A DNA stretch of 64,000 nucleotides from Fimbriimonadaceae bacterium (GTDB lineage Bacteria > Armatimonadota > Fimbriimonadia > Fimbriimonadales > Fimbriimonadaceae). Positions 1 through 9,671 of the stretch are shown in pieces (positions within the stretch are counted from its first letter, which is position 1; each line of letters begins with the position of its first letter). The notes under the pieces were generated by a model that was not told the origin of the DNA, did not search any database, and saw only the letters and a program-made list of their open reading frames with translations. A program made the translations under genes and the position numbers. The stretch spans positions 2,886-66,885 of the forward strand of contig JANRKI010000029.1 of assembly GCA_033763535.1 (NCBI GenBank), in the 5' to 3' direction.

Positions 1-473
1 CCGAATGCGGTGCCGAGCGCGAAGGCGGCGATCCCGATGGCCCCGCGGGCGGCCATGGAGATTCCGACGAACTTCATCGACCCGGACTGCTGCTGGAATC
101 CGTACATCACGTCGGAGATGCCTTCGACACCGAGCCGGGTGGCGAAGAAGAGAAGAATCGGCGTGAGTTGCTGGGCATCGGTGACTGCTCCGATGGCGAG
201 CGACACGAAGACCGCGAGCGTCATGGCGATGAGCCGGAGGGTGAAGTAGTCGCTGAAACGGAACTCCTGGCGGGCGTCGGTATTGAGGATGCCCCGGAGT
301 TGGAGCATCAGAAAATCGAAGACGGGCGAGGTGATGGCAACGGCCAGCGTGTAGGTGCCGACCGTGGTGATGGTTGCGGCGCGATTAAGCTGCAGGAAGT
401 TGATGATATTGGACGCCGAATAGACCGCGTAGCCGAGGAAGGAGTACGCGGCGGCGGACCGGAGGTTTGCCAT
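1..473 (-). CDS. Wzx-like polysaccharide flippase / oligosaccharide translocase (runs off the left window edge)
   Basis: Not in the ORF track. Manual translation from ATG at 473: MANLRSAAAYSFLGYAVYSASNIINFLQLNR...VGTYTLAVAITSPVFDFLMLQLRGILNTDARQEFRFSDYFTLRL..., a multi-TM MATE/Wzx-type N-terminus, directly downstream of wzc. Confidence 0.75.
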   Translation of the reverse strand, partial: MANLRSAAAYSFLGYAVYSASNIINFLQLNRAATITTVGTYTLAVAITSPVFDFLMLQLRGILNTDARQEFRFSDYFTLRLIAMTLAVFVSLAIGAVTDAQQLTPILLFFATRLGVEGISDVMYGFQQQSGSMKFVGISMAARGAIGIAAFALGTAF

Positions 474-505
474 GCCTCTACGCAGGGGTGACGCGAGGTC
501 GGCGG

Positions 506-2587
506 TTAGCCGACCTCTTCACTGTAGAACTCGGTGTTGGTGAAAACGACACCGAGGAGTCGAGCGTGAGCGTGTCGTAGCAGTTCGATGCAGTACCGCA
601 TGAGCGTCTTGGTCGTGGTGCCGGGCTTGACCACGTAGACGACGGTATCGACGGTGGCGGACAGGCTGAGCGCATCGGAGCGGGGAAGCATGGCCGGCGT
701 GTCGAAGATCACGAGGTCGAACTGTTCGCTAATCTGGCGGTACAGGTCTTGCATTTTGCCCGCGACCATGCCGTCGGCAAGGCTGATTTTCGCTTCGCCG
801 GAGGTGAGCACGGTGAGATTTTCGATCTCGGTGGGGTGCAGACAGGAGGCGAGGCCGGCATCGCCCGCCAGGATTTCTGACAGTCCGGGCGACAGCATTT
901 TGCCGAAGCGCACGTGCTGGGCAGGGCGGTAGATGTTTGCATCCACCACCAGGACCCGGCGACCGGCCCCGGCCATGGCGATGCCCAGGTTGGCGGCGAC
1001 CTCGGACTTGCCTTCGCCCACGCCGGTGCTGGTGATCATGATGGACCGCACGTTTTGGTTGGCGATGGAGAAGAGCACGTTCGAGCGGACGATCCGGTAG
1101 TTCTCCAGCACGCGAGTGGGGAGGGCGGTCGCCTTTTTCTTGGCGGATTTTCCGAATGCGCGGGGCGGTACGTAGCCCAGGGTGGGCACGTTGGCGATGC
1201 GGAACGCCTGGTCGATGGTGGTGAGTCGGTCCTCGAGGCGGTATTTGACCACCGCGATGGCGAGGGCGACGACCGATCCGGCGATAAGGGCGAGCGCCAT
1301 ATAGAGCGGCGGATTTGGCTTGTTCCGACGTGCGTCGCGGGATTCGGCGATGATCGTGACCGGCTCTTTGATCGAGTTTTCGAACACCTTGAGGGTTTGA
1401 AGCTGGGCGGTATTGCGAGCCACTTCTTCTGACGCGAGGGTGATCTTGCGGCGGAAGTCGCTGATTTGGTCGCTGAGCGCGAAGTACTTGTCGGCGCGCG
1501 CCTTGGCTTCTTCGTAAAACTCTTTGCGGGAGGCGACGCGGGCCTCAGCGGCCTTGGCGCGCGATTCGGTGTCGGCGATGCGGTCGTCGTAGCTTTGGAG
1601 CGAGGGGTTGCGGATGACGCGCTCGTTGTCCACGACTTTCGGCAGACGCCGGATGTACTCGTATTGGGCCCGGATTTGGGCGGCGACGCGCTTGAACTCG
1701 ATCGACTGTTCGTCGAACTCTTGGAGGATGCGGTCGCGTTCCGTAATGAGATCGTTGAGCTTTTGGCGGGCGAGCTCTTGCTGGCCGACGTTCTTCTCCA
1801 CGACCTCGTTCGGGATGGTTTGGGGCAGGCGGCTTCGGGCGGACTTGAGGGAGTTGAGTTGCTCAAGTTCTGAATTCAGTTCGGCGCGGGCGGTGTTGTA
1901 CTCCTGCTCCGCACGCTGGGCAACGGCAGTCCGGTCGGCACCCTCGGTGGGGGCCGACGTGACCTCGTTGAGCTTGAGGAACGCTTGGAAGTCGCTTTCG
2001 ACTTTTCGAAGCCGTCCTTCGCTGTCCCGTACGGTGGAATCCAAGAACGAGAGCGCGCTGACGATTTCCGAAGAGTTTTGAAGCTTTACGAGGACCCGGT
2101 ACGTCGTAGGGATTTCAGCCGCCAAACGCTGCGCGAGCCGCGGGTTTGAGGAGACGACGGAGATTTCGATGACATTGGTAAGCCCGATTTGCCGCGCCGT
2201 CACACTGGGGTCGCCCGGATTTTTCGGGGTGAGGGAGGGAAATTCGGACACGACGGCGGTGAGTGCATCGCCGACGACCTTTGCGCTCTGGATCGTTTCG
2301 AGCTGCGTGTTGATGTCGGTGCTGATGGGCGCGACGATCTTGTTGAGCGGGTCTTGCGGATTGTTGACGTTCGGCTGGTTCGCCGTTCGCCCTTCGACCA
2401 CGACGCGGGTGGAGGCCTGGTAGGTGGGCTCCACGAGGAAAATGGAGGCCGCCCCGAGGCCAGCGAAGACCAGCAGGGTGATGATGATGACCCACCGTTC
2501 GCGTTTGATGGCTTCCCAAAACTCGCGAATTGATGTGTCAGCGGATTGCTCTCGAATAACTTCCATGTCTTTACGGGGCCGCGCCAA
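506..2587 (-). CDS. wzc: Polysaccharide co-polymerase / tyrosine autokinase (Wzc/GumC family)
   Basis: N-terminal TM, long coiled-coil periplasmic region, second TM, Walker A STGVGEGKS, Walker A' VDANIYRP, Walker B IFDTP. Alternative ATG start at 2566. Confidence 0.88.
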   Translation of the reverse strand: MARPRKDMEVIREQSADTSIREFWEAIKRERWVIIITLLVFAGLGAASIFLVEPTYQASTRVVVEGRTANQPNVNNPQDPLNKIVAPISTDINTQLETIQSAKVVGDALTAVVSEFPSLTPKNPGDPSVTARQIGLTNVIEISVVSSNPRLAQRLAAEIPTTYRVLVKLQNSSEIVSALSFLDSTVRDSEGRLRKVESDFQAFLKLNEVTSAPTEGADRTAVAQRAEQEYNTARAELNSELEQLNSLKSARSRLPQTIPNEVVEKNVGQQELARQKLNDLITERDRILQEFDEQSIEFKRVAAQIRAQYEYIRRLPKVVDNERVIRNPSLQSYDDRIADTESRAKAAEARVASRKEFYEEAKARADKYFALSDQISDFRRKITLASEEVARNTAQLQTLKVFENSIKEPVTIIAESRDARRNKPNPPLYMALALIAGSVVALAIAVVKYRLEDRLTTIDQAFRIANVPTLGYVPPRAFGKSAKKKATALPTRVLENYRIVRSNVLFSIANQNVRSIMITSTGVGEGKSEVAANLGIAMAGAGRRVLVVDANIYRPAQHVRFGKMLSPGLSEILAGDAGLASCLHPTEIENLTVLTSGEAKISLADGMVAGKMQDLYRQISEQFDLVIFDTPAMLPRSDALSLSATVDTVVYVVKPGTTTKTLMRYCIELLRHAHARLLGVVFTNTEFYSEEVG

Positions 2588-2710
2588 CCATCGTGATGAT
2601 TTCGTCGATTAACGTAAGAATAGGCATTTCCGGCTCGGAATTTGAGTCCCGGAATGGTGTCTGGATATCGGGAGCACTGCACGTCACCGAATCGTTATCC
2701 TAATATACGG

Positions 2711-3622
2711 ATGAATATGGCCGCAACACCCATGGAAACGGACGCGGGAGCCGTCGCCAGCCCCGCGCTGAAACCGCCTCATCCGCTGGATATGATTCGA
2801 ACGCCGGGCTTTCCGATGTTTCTGGCGATGAGTGCGGCGGTTTTGTTCCTGTTTCAGAGCCTCATGGTCGTGTTGCCGGGCATCTGGTTCAAGGCGGAGA
2901 GCTACTATTCGCACGGCATTTTGATCCCGCTGATCGTGGCGGTGATGGTGCGGAACAAGTGGCATCGGTTGCAGGCGATTCCGCGGCAGGGCAGCTGGTG
3001 GCCGTTTGTGTTTCTGGCCCCGGTGCTGTACATCACATGGGTGGCGTCGCGGACGAGCATGGCGTTGACGCTGAGCTTTCTGCTGGTGGCGACGATTGGC
3101 CTCGCGATTTGGAGCATTTGCGGCTGGAAAATGGCGATGGCGACGTCGCCGATGTGGCTGTACTTGCTGTTCGGGCTACCGGTGTGGCAGTTGGTGATCG
3201 ACAAGTTCACCCAGCCGTTGCAGAATATTTCGGCGAAAGTGTCGTTTGAACTGCTGAAGCTGATGGGGCAGAACATGCTTCAGGCGGATTCGACGACGAT
3301 TTTGCTTGACCGATTTGAGATGAATGTCGGGGCGCCGTGCAGCGGATTACGGACGTTGCTGTCGCTGATTGCGTTGACCGCGTTCTTCATTTACATCGCG
3401 AAGTTGCCGTGGTACGCCAACACGTTTTTGGCCGTATTCATGATTCCGTTCGGGATTTTGATCAACGGGGTACGGATCGCGATGATCGGTTTGGTCGGGA
3501 ACACTTACGGCAGCGAGGCCGGGCACCAGTTTCATGACTACAGCGGCTACATCAGCACCTTGCTTTGCGTGTTTATCCTGATGAAGATATGCGAGGCGCT
3601 GGGCTGGAAGGGATTAGAATGA
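2711..3622 (+). CDS. Exosortase (EpsH family)
   Basis: Multi-TM protein with YYSHGILIP, catalytic Cys in APCSGLR, Arg in NGVRI, His in FHD. Start set at ATG 2711 (or 2717). Confidence 0.92.
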   Translation: MNMAATPMETDAGAVASPALKPPHPLDMIRTPGFPMFLAMSAAVLFLFQSLMVVLPGIWFKAESYYSHGILIPLIVAVMVRNKWHRLQAIPRQGSWWPFVFLAPVLYITWVASRTSMALTLSFLLVATIGLAIWSICGWKMAMATSPMWLYLLFGLPVWQLVIDKFTQPLQNISAKVSFELLKLMGQNMLQADSTTILLDRFEMNVGAPCSGLRTLLSLIALTAFFIYIAKLPWYANTFLAVFMIPFGILINGVRIAMIGLVGNTYGSEAGHQFHDYSGYISTLLCVFILMKICEALGWKGLE

Positions 3623-4269
3623 ACAAGACTTACGCGATCATATTCGCCGGCTGTTTGGTTGCGACCGGGTTGGCGGCGACGCTGATGCCGCGACCGAAGA
3701 TGGAGCGTCGCACGGAGAGTTGGCTGGAGGCGCAGGTTCCGGACAAGGTGGGCAAGTTTGACTTCGTTCCGCAAGAGGCGGGGGCGAAGAGCACGTACCG
3801 GATGGACAAGGTGACGTACGATACGCTGAGTCCGGCGGGGATCGTGGCGCGGGTGTACGCCTCGAACGAGATGCAGGTCGATGTCGTCGTCATCAACAGC
3901 GATAACGGCGACTCATTCCACGATCCGCGAGTATGTTTCCAGTCGCAGGGATCGGAGCTACTCGGCGAGCATACACGGACGGTTTCGACCAAGTCGCGGG
4001 GGGAGGTTCCGGTGGCGTTTATTCGGACGTCTTACAACGGGGCCGAGCGGGTAGCTGCCTACACCTACAAGGGTCCGAACGGGATGACGCCGGCACCTTT
4101 GCGGTTGATGATGGACTTGTTCCGCAATGAGCTCGCGACGGGCAAGGTTCAGGAAGGGAATTTTTACCGGTTTATCTCGCTCTCGACTTCGGGTACGGAA
4201 GAGGAGCTGGCGGCGTTCATCAGCGCGTATTTTGACGCGCTGACGGAATCAAGCAAAGGCGTGCTTTAG
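3619..4269 (+). CDS. epsI: Exosortase-associated EpsI family protein
   Basis: ATGA overlap with the exosortase stop; N-terminal TM anchor; FHDPRVCFQSQG matches the EpsI H-x-P-x-x-C motif. Confidence 0.85.
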   Translation: MNKTYAIIFAGCLVATGLAATLMPRPKMERRTESWLEAQVPDKVGKFDFVPQEAGAKSTYRMDKVTYDTLSPAGIVARVYASNEMQVDVVVINSDNGDSFHDPRVCFQSQGSELLGEHTRTVSTKSRGEVPVAFIRTSYNGAERVAAYTYKGPNGMTPAPLRLMMDLFRNELATGKVQEGNFYRFISLSTSGTEEELAAFISAYFDALTESSKGVL

Positions 4270-5558
4270 TTGCTTCCGATGGTGTAGTAGTCGAATCCCG
4301 CGCGCTCGGCGGTTTCCTTCTTGTACACCCGTCGTCCGTCGAACAGGACGCGGCTCTTCATCTTGCTTCCGAGTCGATTGAGGTCGAGCTGGCGGAACTC
4401 GTTCCATTCGGTGACGAGGACGAGGGCGTCGGCGTCTTCGCTGACTTCGTACACCGAGTCTTTGTAGTCGACTTGGGGGAAGAATCGGCGGAAGTTCTCG
4501 GTGGCGATGGGATCGTACGCGCTGACGGAGCCGCCCGCCTTGATGATTTCGTCAACGATGACGAGGGCCTTGGCGTCGCGGATGTCGTCGGTGTTCGGCT
4601 TGAAGGCGAGGCCCATGATGCCGATGCGCTTACCTTCGAGTCCGTTGAGTCGCTTCGAGAGGCGTCGGACGAAGTTGAGGGTTTGGTCATCGTTGATGTT
4701 GATGACCTCTTGCATCAGGCCGAAATCGTAGCCGTAGCGGTTGGCGGTGGAGAGCATTCCGAGGACGTCCTTCGGGAAGCACGAACCGCCCCAGCCGAGG
4801 CCGGCGGAGAGGAATTGCGAGCCGATGCGCTTGTCTAGGCCCATCCCTTTGGCGACGTCGGAGACGTTGGCGTCGGTGAGTTCGCAGATGCGGCTGATGG
4901 CGTTGATGAAGGAGATCTTCATCGCCAGGAACGAGTTGCTGGCGTACTTGATCAGCTCGGCCGAGTTGAGGTCGGTGATGATCATCGGCGCCTCCAGCGT
5001 GGCGTACAGTTCGACAAGCTTGATGGCGGCCTCGCGGCGCTTTGCCCCGATGACGATTCGGTCGGGGTGGAGCGTGTCGTAGATGGCGGAGCCTTCGCGG
5101 AGGAATTCGGGATTGCTGACGACGTCGAACAGGTGGAGCGGGACGCCTTGCTCGAGGATGATGCGTTCGACGAGCTCGCCGCTACCGACGGGCACGGTGG
5201 ATTTGTTGACCACGACGGTCGGCTTTTTGATGGCGCGTCCGATTTCGGTCGCGACGGCCTTGACCGCGGTCAGGTCGGGCGTGCCGTCCTCGCCGGGCGG
5301 GGTGCCGACGGCGATGAAGATGACTTCGCTGGCGGCGGTGGCGTCGGCGATAGAGTCGGTGACGGTGAGGAATCCTTCGGAGATGGCCTTTTTGAGCAGC
5401 TCTTCGATGCCCGGCTCGTAGATGGGCGGGATTCCGGAGCGGATTTTCTCGATTTTGGCCGGGTCGTTATCGACGCAGATGACGTCGTTGCCGAGTTCGG
5501 CCAGTACCACGCCCGTGACGAGCCCAACGTATCCCGTTCCGATCACCGCAATTCGCAT
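4266..5558 (-). CDS. ugd: UDP-glucose 6-dehydrogenase
   Basis: MRIAVIGTGYVGL, NPEFLREG, GWGGSCFPKD (catalytic Cys), AFKPNTDDIR. Confidence 0.95.
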   Translation of the reverse strand: MRIAVIGTGYVGLVTGVVLAELGNDVICVDNDPAKIEKIRSGIPPIYEPGIEELLKKAISEGFLTVTDSIADATAASEVIFIAVGTPPGEDGTPDLTAVKAVATEIGRAIKKPTVVVNKSTVPVGSGELVERIILEQGVPLHLFDVVSNPEFLREGSAIYDTLHPDRIVIGAKRREAAIKLVELYATLEAPMIITDLNSAELIKYASNSFLAMKISFINAISRICELTDANVSDVAKGMGLDKRIGSQFLSAGLGWGGSCFPKDVLGMLSTANRYGYDFGLMQEVININDDQTLNFVRRLSKRLNGLEGKRIGIMGLAFKPNTDDIRDAKALVIVDEIIKAGGSVSAYDPIATENFRRFFPQVDYKDSVYEVSEDADALVLVTEWNEFRQLDLNRLGSKMKSRVLFDGRRVYKKETAERAGFDYYTIGSN

Positions 5559-5659
5559 GTCGTATGTCTTCCCCGTTTGCGTGGCTTCCGGAGTGCCGGT
5601 TGCCGACGGACTATTGTGCCACACCGCTTTTTGGCGCGAGTTCGGCTAACCTTAGGATC

Positions 5660-6601
5660 ATGCGCGCGGTGGTGACGGGCGGAGCGGGGTTCTTGGGGTC
5701 GCACCTCGTGGATTTTTTGCGAGGTCAGGGGGCCGAGGTGCTGGTTCTGGACAACTTCATCACGGGTCAGCGACGCAACATTGCGCATTTGGTCAGCGAT
5801 CCGCACGTGCAAATTCGTGAGCACGACGCGTCCTATCCCTTTGATGTTGATGGGCCGGTTGATATTGTGTTCCACCTGGCGAGCGCGGCCAGTCCGGCGG
5901 ATTTCGCGCGGATACCGATTGAGGTGTTGCGGGCCGGTTCGTTTGCCACGCACAACTGTTTGGAACTGTGCGAGCGGAAGGGGGCGACGTTCTTTCTGGC
6001 CTCGACCAGCGAGGTGTACGGCGATCCGCTGGAGCATCCGCAGTCCGAAAGTTACTGGGGACACGTCAATTCGGTCGGTCCGCGGGCGTGCTACGACGAA
6101 GCGAAGCGTTACGCCGAAGCGGTTTCGGTGACTTATCGAGACCATAAGGGCGTGCAAGTACGGATTGCACGCTTCTTTAATACCTACGGTCCACGGATGC
6201 GTCTGGAAGACGGGCGAGTGGTGCCGAACTTTATTCGACAAGCGTTGCGGGGCGAACCGCTTACGGTGTACGGCGACGGTCGGCAGACGCGGAGCTTTGG
6301 CTACTATCGCGACATTATCGACGGGATTTGGCGACTGGTGAACTCGAGTTTTCAGGAACCCGTGAATCTGGGTACTCACGAAGAGCGGACGATTTTGGCG
6401 TTCGCGCACGCGGTGATTTCGGCCACCGGCTCGCAGAGCAGTATTGTGCATATGCCAGCGGCGGTCGACGATCCGCAGCAGCGGCACCCAGATATTTCGC
6501 GGGCGAACTTCATCCTGAATTGGTACCCGCAGACGTCGCTGGAAGAAGGGTTACGGGAGACGATTGATTACTTCCGTAGCGTGCTGGATTCAGGAGAGTA
6601 A
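5660..6601 (+). CDS. UDP-glucuronate decarboxylase family NAD-dependent epimerase/dehydratase
   Basis: VTGGAGFLGSH, ASTSEVYGDP, YDEAKR, RFFNTYGPRM, DDPQQRHPDI; divergent from ugd. Confidence 0.9.
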   Translation: MRAVVTGGAGFLGSHLVDFLRGQGAEVLVLDNFITGQRRNIAHLVSDPHVQIREHDASYPFDVDGPVDIVFHLASAASPADFARIPIEVLRAGSFATHNCLELCERKGATFFLASTSEVYGDPLEHPQSESYWGHVNSVGPRACYDEAKRYAEAVSVTYRDHKGVQVRIARFFNTYGPRMRLEDGRVVPNFIRQALRGEPLTVYGDGRQTRSFGYYRDIIDGIWRLVNSSFQEPVNLGTHEERTILAFAHAVISATGSQSSIVHMPAAVDDPQQRHPDISRANFILNWYPQTSLEEGLRETIDYFRSVLDSGE

Positions 6602-6602
6602 C

Positions 6603-7682
6603 GTGCGAAAGATGGCGTGGATCGGGGTGCTTGGTTGCGTGATACTGGGCACCGGATGCGAAGAGTCTCAGCCGGTGGTCAAGTTTGAAGATCATCCGCT
6701 GGCGTCGCAGGTGCTGGTGGTCCAGAATGATCGAAGTCCGGCGAGTAAGGAGATTGCGGGCTACTACGCCGAGCGCCGGGGCATCTTGGCGAACAATCGG
6801 CTCACGATCTCGGTGGATGCGGTGGAGGAGGTGAATGAGACCACCTACCGAGAGCAGATCGAGGCGAAGGTACGGCGTTACCTCAGCACCGCGACGGGCA
6901 TTCACTACATCGTGCTGACGAAAGGGGTGCCGTTGCGGATTCGGGAGAGCGGCAACAGCGTTGATGCGATGTTAGCGGCGATGGAGATTGATATCAAGCC
7001 GATCGGCAAGATCGAGATGAGTGAGTTTGCGCGGGTGAGGAATCCTTACTTCGGCGAAGATCGCCCGTTTCGGCACGATCGGTACGGGCTATACCTGGTG
7101 ACGCGGCTTGATGGATACACGACGGCGGATGCGAAGGCACTGGTGGATCGCGCGATCGCGGCGAAACCGGATAAAGGGCCGTTTTTGCTGGATGCCAGCC
7201 CGAAAATGACGGGGGCTTACGACGCGATGAATCGGGCGATGGCGACGGCGGACGGACTCCTTACGGCGCGGGGTTTTCAGGTGCAGCGGGACGATCAGGT
7301 CGAGATGAAACTGCCGGCCGTGCCGGTAATGGGTTACGTCACTTGGGGAAGCAACGACCCGGAGTATTCGGCGAGTACGTACCGGGCGGTCCAGTTTCGA
7401 CCGGGGGCGCTCGGGGAGACGTTCGTCAGTACTAGCGGCCGGACTTTTCTGCCGGCTACGGGTGGTCAGTCGTTGATTGCAGATTTGGTGAAGCAGGGGA
7501 TTACAGGGGTAAAGGGTTACGTCAGTGAGCCCTTTTTGACCGCGATGGCACGGCCGGATATCTTGTTTGATCGCTATACGCGCGGATACAACCTGGCGGA
7601 AAGCTACTACATGGCGTCGCCGGTGATGAAGTGGAAGGATGTTGTGATCGGCGACCCGCTGTGCGCACCATATCCGAAATGA
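6603..7682 (+). CDS. TIGR03790-like protein, probable lipoprotein
   Basis: Signal ending LGTGC; LVVQN...S..IAGYYAERRGI, YLVTRLDG, GITGVKGYVSEP, LAESYY, VVIGDPL resemble TIGR03790 (from recall, no HMM run). Confidence 0.75.
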   Translation: MRKMAWIGVLGCVILGTGCEESQPVVKFEDHPLASQVLVVQNDRSPASKEIAGYYAERRGILANNRLTISVDAVEEVNETTYREQIEAKVRRYLSTATGIHYIVLTKGVPLRIRESGNSVDAMLAAMEIDIKPIGKIEMSEFARVRNPYFGEDRPFRHDRYGLYLVTRLDGYTTADAKALVDRAIAAKPDKGPFLLDASPKMTGAYDAMNRAMATADGLLTARGFQVQRDDQVEMKLPAVPVMGYVTWGSNDPEYSASTYRAVQFRPGALGETFVSTSGRTFLPATGGQSLIADLVKQGITGVKGYVSEPFLTAMARPDILFDRYTRGYNLAESYYMASPVMKWKDVVIGDPLCAPYPK

Positions 7683-8170
7683 GCCGGTTGCTGTTGCTGG
7701 ATCGCGACGGAGTTCTCAATGAGGATGTGGGTTATGCATGGCGAATGGAGCAGATTTGTTGGCATGAGCCAGGGGTGGAACTTGCCCGATTCGCGACGCA
7801 GTATGGTTGGGATTGCGTCATCGTGACGAATCAGTCCGGGATTGCGAGGGGCCAGTATCGAGAGTCGGACTTCCGATTACTCATGCGCGATTACGTCTCG
7901 GCACTCGCGAACTACGGGGTACGGATTGCCGCGACTTACTACTGTCCGCACCATCCGGAATTCACGGGGGTTTGCACGTGTCGCAAGCCGGAACCCGGGA
8001 TGTTGCGGGCGGCGATGCGGCGGTTTGGCGTCACCACGGCGGTGATGGTTGGGGATCAGCCCACCGATTTGGAGGCGGCGGCGCGGGCGGGAATTCGCGG
8101 GATTCGGGTGGATGACGCGGTGGCGCTTACAGATCTTCGCCGAGAAATCGCCCGTAGTAACGTTCAATAA
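7679..8170 (+). CDS. gmhB: D-glycero-D-manno-heptose 1,7-bisphosphate phosphatase (HAD)
   Basis: LDRDGVLN, VTNQSGIARG, Zn site CPHHPEFTGVCTCRKP, MVGD; ATGA overlap with the upstream gene. Confidence 0.88.
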   Translation: MSRLLLLDRDGVLNEDVGYAWRMEQICWHEPGVELARFATQYGWDCVIVTNQSGIARGQYRESDFRLLMRDYVSALANYGVRIAATYYCPHHPEFTGVCTCRKPEPGMLRAAMRRFGVTTAVMVGDQPTDLEAAARAGIRGIRVDDAVALTDLRREIARSNVQ

Positions 8171-9149
8171 ATGCTTGGTAGTCGGCGTTCTCGGTGATCG
8201 GTCGCCACCAAGCTTCGTTCGCCCGGTACCACGCTACCGTCGCGGGTAACGCGCTGAGGAAGTTGACCTGCGGCTTCCATCCCAGCTCACGCGTGGCCTT
8301 GGCGTGGTCCATGCTGTACCGAACGTCGTGAGCACCTTTACGCGGGTCCTCAATGTGCTTGACCAGTTCGGTACCGCGGTCGGTTTCGCGCAGGAGAATC
8401 TCGACAATTTCGCGATTTTGGCGTTCGTTCTCGTCGCCGATGTTGTAGATTTCGCCGTCTTTCCCGTGTTCCAGCGCGGCGAGGATTCCGCGTGCGTGGT
8501 CTTCCGCGTGAATCCATTCTCGGACCTGCGTGCCGTCGCCGTAGACCGGAACCTTCTTGCCCAGTAGTAGTCGCACAGTGAAGAAAGGAATGAGCTTTTC
8601 GGGGTATTGGTACGGCCCGTAGGTATTGCCACCGCGGGTGACCACAACGGGCGTTCGGTACGCGTGAAAGTGCGCGCGGCAGACGCAATCGCCGGCCGCT
8701 TTACTGGCACTGTACGGCGTGTTCGGAGCAATCGGCGTATCTTCGAAGAATTTGCCGGTCGGAATCGAGCCGTAGACTTCGTCGGTACTCACGTGGACGA
8801 TCCGCGACAAACCGTGAGTCTTTACCGCGTTGAGAAGGGTCTCCACGCCGATCGCGTTACTCACCAGAAAAGAACTGGCGGTGTCGAGCGATCGGTCATT
8901 GTGGGATTCGGCCGCGAAGTTGACGATCGCATCCGGTCGGAAGGTCTCGATGGCGTGGGCGACCTGGGCGGCGTCTTCAATCCGGCCCTCGAAGAACGGG
9001 ATATCGCCCAACGATTCGACGGTGGAGCGGTTGCCGGAGTAGGTGAGGGCGTCGAACACGGCGACCGCGAAGGTGGGCCGCTCGCGCTGAAGCACGCGCA
9101 CGAAGTGGGAGCCGATGAACCCAGCGGCACCGGTTACAAGGACTCTCAC
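8127..9149 (-). CDS. rfbB: dTDP-glucose 4,6-dehydratase
   Basis: VTGAAGFIGSHF, NFAAESHNDRS, VSTDEVYG, PYSASKA, YGPYQYPEKLIP. Confidence 0.93.
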   Translation of the reverse strand: MRVLVTGAAGFIGSHFVRVLQRERPTFAVAVFDALTYSGNRSTVESLGDIPFFEGRIEDAAQVAHAIETFRPDAIVNFAAESHNDRSLDTASSFLVSNAIGVETLLNAVKTHGLSRIVHVSTDEVYGSIPTGKFFEDTPIAPNTPYSASKAAGDCVCRAHFHAYRTPVVVTRGGNTYGPYQYPEKLIPFFTVRLLLGKKVPVYGDGTQVREWIHAEDHARGILAALEHGKDGEIYNIGDENERQNREIVEILLRETDRGTELVKHIEDPRKGAHDVRYSMDHAKATRELGWKPQVNFLSALPATVAWYRANEAWWRPITENADYQAFIERYYGRFLGEDL

Positions 9150-9592
9150 AGTTGAAACCTCGATTCAGGATCGTCCTCGTGGCGAATCTCGTCGACGGGT
9201 TCCGAACGATTGCGGCCCGCGTACAGTTTGTCGGGCAGGTTGATCACGAAGGCGTCGCGGTCGCCGACGTTTCGGTAGGCGTGCACCACGCCCGGCGGGA
9301 CGGTGACAAACACGGGGTTCGATTCGCCCACGCGGATCACGTGCGCGGCCTCTCCCTGGCCGGGGCGGTTCTCCCACAGGTACAGATCGTATTCGCCGTC
9401 GAAGAAGAGGAAGCCGTCGGTCTGGTGGGCGTGCTCGTGCGGGCCACGCGCGATTCCGGGGTGGGTCACGCTGAGGTAGCCCATCGCGGGGTGGAAACCT
9501 TGCGGCATGGCGTCGTCGCGAAAGAGTTCGACCAGCCAGCCGCGATGGTCGGAATAGCGGCGAAGAGGCTGAATGACGACGCCCGGCAACAT
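9146..9592 (-). CDS. rfbC: dTDP-4-dehydrorhamnose 3,5-epimerase family cupin
   Basis: DHRGWLVELFR, ARGPHEH, VPPGVVHAYRN; 4-bp overlap with rfbB. Confidence 0.8.
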   Translation of the reverse strand: MLPGVVIQPLRRYSDHRGWLVELFRDDAMPQGFHPAMGYLSVTHPGIARGPHEHAHQTDGFLFFDGEYDLYLWENRPGQGEAAHVIRVGESNPVFVTVPPGVVHAYRNVGDRDAFVINLPDKLYAGRNRSEPVDEIRHEDDPESRFQL

Positions 9593-9671
9593 ACGCCGTG
9601 AAAGGGTACCTATGCGGGGGCCGCTCCAGGTCTCGCGCGGTCGGCGGGGCGGTTCGCGCTAAAATCGCGCC

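Noticed and set aside
10-491. Plus-strand ORFs of 79 and 107 aa at the window start
   Set aside because: They are antisense to the truncated Wzx-like gene, which the ORF track missed.
2617-2657. Imperfect hairpin in the wzc/exosortase divergent region
   Set aside because: Several mismatches and no recognisable riboswitch or terminator features; could be chance in GC-rich DNA.
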